Shown piece by piece: positions 35,194 to 38,976 of a DNA stretch of 38,976 nt. Within the stretch, counting starts at the first letter, position 1. Each line of letters opens with the position of its first letter. The translations under genes were made by a program, and so were the position numbers. The DNA is taken from the IMG/VR virus record IMGVR_UViG_3300017565_000013, positions 1-38,976 of that record; one strand, given 5' to 3'. Source of the DNA: a virus (Duplodnaviria; Caudoviricetes). Below the pieces are notes generated by a model. That model was not told the origin of the DNA. It did no database searches and saw only the letters and a list, made by a program, of their open reading frames with translations.

Positions 35194-35382
35194 ATGGCCA
35201 CCAAACAAAACCGATCCAAGTTCCTCACGGTGCGACTGACGCCACGTGAGCACAAAGAGTTCAGCGTCAAGGCCCAGGAGTTCGGAGGTCCGAGCTTCGT
35301 CTTGCGCGAACTGGTGAACGGGTTCACTGAGAACCGCGTCTCCATCTCCCCCAAACCCAACCAACGGAGCCTTTACAAATGA
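35194..35382 (+). CDS. Ribbon-helix-helix DNA-binding protein (62 aa)
   Basis: GAGGT RBS; KFLTVRLTPREHKEF...S.VLRELV. Confidence 0.75.
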   Translation: MATKQNRSKFLTVRLTPREHKEFSVKAQEFGGPSFVLRELVNGFTENRVSISPKPNQRSLYK

Positions 35383-35801
35383 GCCTCGAATCCAAGATCG
35401 ACACCCTGACCGCTGCCATCGTCGCGTTGACCGCAGCCATCCAGGCCCAACAACCCACCGGGGAAGCAAGTGTGCCGCAATCTGCGCCGGTGGTCCAGCC
35501 GCCCGCACCTGCGCAACAGGCTGCTCCCGCGATGCCGCCGGCTCCGACGTTCATGACCCCGCCCGTCGCTGCTCCTGCTGCGACCCCCGTCACGACGGCC
35601 GTGCCGTTCACCGACGTGCAGGGCCTGTTCAAGTACACCGCCGAAGCCTACCAGGCCATCGAAGCGGCGACTCCCGGTCGCGGCGCTGAGATCCAGACCC
35701 GCGTGATGGCGGCCCTGGGCGTCGGCAACGTCAACGACATCAAGCCCGAGCAGTACGCCAACTTCTACGCTGGCGTCGAGGCGATCAAGGCGGGCAAGTG
35801 A
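35379..35801 (+). CDS. Pro/Ala-rich hypothetical protein (140 aa)
   Basis: MSLE..I..LT.AI N-terminus and G..NV.DIKPEQY C-terminus, as commonly seen upstream of DUF2800 genes. Confidence 0.8.
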   Translation: MSLESKIDTLTAAIVALTAAIQAQQPTGEASVPQSAPVVQPPAPAQQAAPAMPPAPTFMTPPVAAPAATPVTTAVPFTDVQGLFKYTAEAYQAIEAATPGRGAEIQTRVMAALGVGNVNDIKPEQYANFYAGVEAIKAGK

Positions 35802-36022
35802 TGAGCAAGATCATCGGTATTGCTCTCGCAGGTGGCACCATCGCAGCGCTTGTACTCGGCGCCTACTGGTTGATGTGGCTCTTGTGGTGCTGGGTTCTCC
35901 CGCAACTCTGGCCCTCGGGTCCGCAGTCCTTTATCGCCCCAGGGTATTGGCTGTTCGCCGCAGCTTGGTTCCTGCTCTCGCTTGTCGGACGGGCGATCTT
36001 CGGGCGGTCGAATCAAAAATGA
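35798..36022 (+). CDS. Hypothetical membrane protein (two TM helices)
   Basis: Hydrophobic and Trp-rich; coupled overlaps. Confidence 0.7.
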   Translation: MMSKIIGIALAGGTIAALVLGAYWLMWLLWCWVLPQLWPSGPQSFIAPGYWLFAAAWFLLSLVGRAIFGRSNQK

Positions 36023-37362
36023 GCACCCATCAACTACGCTCCCCCTCGCGCCTGCACCGGGACTTGAACTGCCCCGGCGCGGCCCGCGAGGAGGCCAAGT
36101 ACCCGGTGTCGCCCAGCGGCCCGGCCTCCATCGACGGCACCCACTCGCACACGCTGCTGGAGTGCTGCATCAAGGCGGGCCTCTCGGACCCCACTACCGA
36201 CAACTCGATCGGCAAGGAGTTCTCTGACCACGAGGGCAAGTTCGTCGTCGATGCCGAGCGTGCCCAGCGGGTCAAGGTGGCCATCGACTACATCCGCGAA
36301 CGCTCCCTCAACGGCACCTTTCAGGTGACCGCGGAGGAACGAGTCGACCCTGCGTGGTACTTCCACCGCAACGACATGGCAGGCACCTGCGACGTGCAGA
36401 TCCAGCGTCCCGACGAGCTGGAGGTGATCGACTACAAGGACGGCATGAACCCGGTGTCGGCCAAGGACAACGAGCAGATGACCGCCTACGCGTTCGGCGC
36501 GCTGGCTAAATCGAATCTCGCGGTCAACCAGCCTCACCCGTTCAAGTTCATCACGATGACGATCATCCAGCCGAAGCTGGCCCTCAAGGGTCAGCCGGCG
36601 ATCACGTCACACACGATGACGGTGGAAGAACTGCTCGGCAAGCTGGGCGAATGGGCCGTGAAGCTGCAGGCCACCGACGACCCCGACGCCCCGCTGGTGC
36701 CGGGTGACAAGCAGTGCCGATACTGCCGAGCCAAAGGGTGCTCGGCGCGCGCCTCGCAGGCCCTCGCTGCGGCCGGAGTGACGTTTCAACCCATTGAAGT
36801 GAAGGAGTCCCCAATGGAATCCGCTGTTCTTGACGTGACCCAACAGGTCGCGGTGCAGGAGCCTACCGAACTCAGCAACGAGCGCCTGGTGCAGATCCTC
36901 GAAGCGGCGCCTCTGCTGCGCCAGACCATCGAGCAGGCCGAGGCCGAAGCCCAGCGTCGCATGGAAGCCGGTCAGGACATCCCAGGCCTCAAGCTCGTGT
37001 ACAGTCGCGGTTCGCAAGCGTGGAACCTCCCAGACGAGGAAATTGCAGAGAAGTTGAAGGGCATGGGCGTTCCCAAGGACGCGGTGTTCAATACCTCGGT
37101 CGTGTCGCCAGCTCAGGCGAAGAAGCTCACCTGGGAAAATCGCAAGGGTGAGCAGAAGACACTGTCCGAGCGGCAACTCAAGACGCTGGAAACGGAGTAC
37201 ATTTCCAAGCTCGCGGGGAAGTTGACCGTCGCCCCCGCCTCCGATCCTCGACCCGCTGTGGTCAGGAACGCAGCGCCTCTTTTCAGCGCTGTGCAAGAGC
37301 AACCCGCTGTCGCTGCAGTGCCCGAGTGGCTTGCGATGCCGGCGTGGATGCAACCCCAGTAA
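36019..37362 (+). CDS. DUF2800 / Cas4-like PD-(D/E)xK exonuclease (447 aa)
   Basis: H..RSPS...NCPG, GT.SH, GTCD, VIDYKDG, QM..Y, CRYCRAK.C. Confidence 0.87.
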   Translation: MSTHQLRSPSRLHRDLNCPGAAREEAKYPVSPSGPASIDGTHSHTLLECCIKAGLSDPTTDNSIGKEFSDHEGKFVVDAERAQRVKVAIDYIRERSLNGTFQVTAEERVDPAWYFHRNDMAGTCDVQIQRPDELEVIDYKDGMNPVSAKDNEQMTAYAFGALAKSNLAVNQPHPFKFITMTIIQPKLALKGQPAITSHTMTVEELLGKLGEWAVKLQATDDPDAPLVPGDKQCRYCRAKGCSARASQALAAAGVTFQPIEVKESPMESAVLDVTQQVAVQEPTELSNERLVQILEAAPLLRQTIEQAEAEAQRRMEAGQDIPGLKLVYSRGSQAWNLPDEEIAEKLKGMGVPKDAVFNTSVVSPAQAKKLTWENRKGEQKTLSERQLKTLETEYISKLAGKLTVAPASDPRPAVVRNAAPLFSAVQEQPAVAAVPEWLAMPAWMQPQ

Positions 37363-37385
37363 GTTAGTTCTCAAGGAGTACCCAA

Positions 37386-38102
37386 GTGTCCGAAATCATC
37401 TACGCCACCGACGTTCGCCTCTCGTTCCCCGCCCTGGTGGAACCCAAGGTCCGTGTCGACGCCGCTACCGGCAACAAGCGCAGCGCCTACGAGTGCGACA
37501 TCATCCTCGACGAGTCGAATCCCGGTTGGGCTCAGTTCATGCAGCGCTTCGCCGAGCTTGCACAGATCGCCGGCAAAGAGCACGCCCAGGCTCTCATGCA
37601 GATGATCATGAATGACCCCAAGAGCCGCTGCTTCGGCGATGGAGGTCAGAAGCTCAACAAGAAAACCTTCCAGCCTTGGGATGGTTACGCGGGCAAGAAA
37701 TTCATTTCCATGTCGGCCAAACAGAGCTACCAGCTCATTGGTTCCGATGGCAAGGTTATCGACCCGGTGAACCCGATGGCCTGGCAGGCCGCTGCTCGCA
37801 AGCTCTATGGCGGCTGCCGCGTCAACGTGGCAATGAAGCCCTGGTGGCAGAACGCGAACCCTCAGAAGGGCTACGGTCACGGCATCCGCTGCGACCTGAT
37901 TGCCATGCAGTTCCTGCGCGACGACACCCCGTTCGGCGACGCCGCTCCCGACGCGAGCAACATGTTCGGCGCGGTCGCTGGCGCAGCGCCTGCAGCGGTC
38001 CCATCGTTCATGGATGCACCGTCCGCAGCCCCCGCGATGCCTGCGCCTCCGACCTTCGGGGCGCCGCAAATGCCGGGCCTGCCGGCGTTCATGCAACGCT
38101 GA
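37386..38102 (+). CDS. DUF2815-type single-stranded DNA-binding protein
   Basis: VRLSFP.L.EP...LYGGCRVN...GI...L.A.QFLRDD.PFG. Confidence 0.85.
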   Translation: MSEIIYATDVRLSFPALVEPKVRVDAATGNKRSAYECDIILDESNPGWAQFMQRFAELAQIAGKEHAQALMQMIMNDPKSRCFGDGGQKLNKKTFQPWDGYAGKKFISMSAKQSYQLIGSDGKVIDPVNPMAWQAAARKLYGGCRVNVAMKPWWQNANPQKGYGHGIRCDLIAMQFLRDDTPFGDAAPDASNMFGAVAGAAPAAVPSFMDAPSAAPAMPAPPTFGAPQMPGLPAFMQR

Positions 38103-38173
38103 ACGAATGGCCGTAGAGCCTTAGGGCTCGGAGCCGGTGGAATCCCGGCACCTATAAAACTCAGGAGAACGTA

Positions 38174-38458
38174 ATGGACATCTTCGATGCCTTCGCGCAC
38201 CTGCGCGTGGTGTTTCGGCGCGAGAACCTCGAACCCCCGACCGCAATTTATCTGGGGTCGCGTGAGGAAGGGTTGAAGTTTCTCAGCTCAATTCGACAGT
38301 CTTCTCACTACGTCGGGATGGTCAGCCACCCGAGTAATGGGATCGCTGTCGAATACGCGGACGGTTCTGTTTACATGGAAGTGTCGATTATGGACATCAA
38401 GGTCCGATGGCCCGCTAACCTAATCGCCACGTCCGATGGTGGATGGTCGTATGTCTGA
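38174..38458 (+). CDS. Hypothetical protein (94 aa)
   Basis: AGGAG RBS; overlaps the polymerase start. Confidence 0.7.
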   Translation: MDIFDAFAHLRVVFRRENLEPPTAIYLGSREEGLKFLSSIRQSSHYVGMVSHPSNGIAVEYADGSVYMEVSIMDIKVRWPANLIATSDGGWSYV

Positions 38459-38976
38459 TGTTGTGTATGACCTGGAGACGTACCCAAACGTCTTCACGCT
38501 CGCCGCAGAACACGCGCACCTGCCGCTACGTTGGTCCTTCGAGATCAGCCCGTGGCGCAACGACTCGCGCGCCATCATTGAGTGGTGCCAGTGGCTCTCG
38601 GAGCGAGGGATGCGCCTGGTCGGATTCAACAACGTGGGGTTCGACTATCCCGTGCTCCACACTCTGCTGCGTATGGGTCATGCTGACGCGCGTACTCTCT
38701 ACGACAAGGCCATGGTGATCATCCAGTCTCGTGACTCAGACGAGGACGGTGAGAAGTGGATGCATTCGGTCAAGCCGGCCGATCGCATCGTGAAGCAGGT
38801 GGACCTGTTCAAGATCCACCACTTCGACAACAAGGCGCGCGCGACCAGCCTCAAAGTGTTGGAGTTCAACATGCGGATGGACGACGTGAGCGACCTACCG
38901 TTCCCTGTTGGAACGACGCTCACGCAGGAGCAGGCCGCGGTACTCAAGGCGTACAACGCGCACGACGTGACGGCGA
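38451..38976 (+). CDS. Family-B DNA polymerase, 5' part (3'-5' exonuclease domain)
   Basis: Read manually: MSDVVYDLETYPN (ExoI)...VGFNNVGFDYP (ExoII); open to the window end and continues at position 1. Confidence 0.9.
   Translation, partial: MSDVVYDLETYPNVFTLAAEHAHLPLRWSFEISPWRNDSRAIIEWCQWLSERGMRLVGFNNVGFDYPVLHTLLRMGHADARTLYDKAMVIIQSRDSDEDGEKWMHSVKPADRIVKQVDLFKIHHFDNKARATSLKVLEFNMRMDDVSDLPFPVGTTLTQEQAAVLKAYNAHDVTA
38854..38976. repeat. Terminal direct repeat, copy 2
   Basis: Identical to 1-123. Confidence 0.95.

Noticed and set aside
38108-38152. tRNA gene
   Set aside because: Only a T-arm-like hairpin; no acceptor stem, D arm or GTTC

Overview
The window is an apparently complete, circularly permuted, GC-rich dsDNA phage genome of 38,853 bp: bases 1-123 are repeated at 38854-38976, and the DNA polymerase ORF reads across that junction. 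The virion module (minus strand, 6757-26897) is podovirus-type and resembles the Bordetella BPP-1 / T7 layout: TerS, TerL, head-tail connector portal, scaffold, major capsid, decoration protein, tail tubular A/B, ejection proteins, two receptor-binding proteins, and a holin / M15 endolysin / Rz-Rz1 lysis cassette. The replication module has a Prim-Pol/PriCT-2/DUF3987 primase, a DUF2800 Cas4-like nuclease, a DUF2815 SSB, a family-B DNA polymerase, VRR-NUC and an SNF2-like helicase. I found no RNA polymerase, integrase, reverse transcriptase, tRNA or CRISPR array. The most unusual signal is non-coding. A palindrome ACCCA-N-TGGGT is densely clustered in the control region (26.9-28.1 kb) and sits in the spacer of a well-formed sigma70 promoter. 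It reappears as an operator/Shine-Dalgarno hybrid, ACCCACTGGAG, in front of four consecutive small early genes that look like exchangeable cassettes, and variants lie at several other promoters. All functional calls come from motif recognition by eye; no database searches were run.
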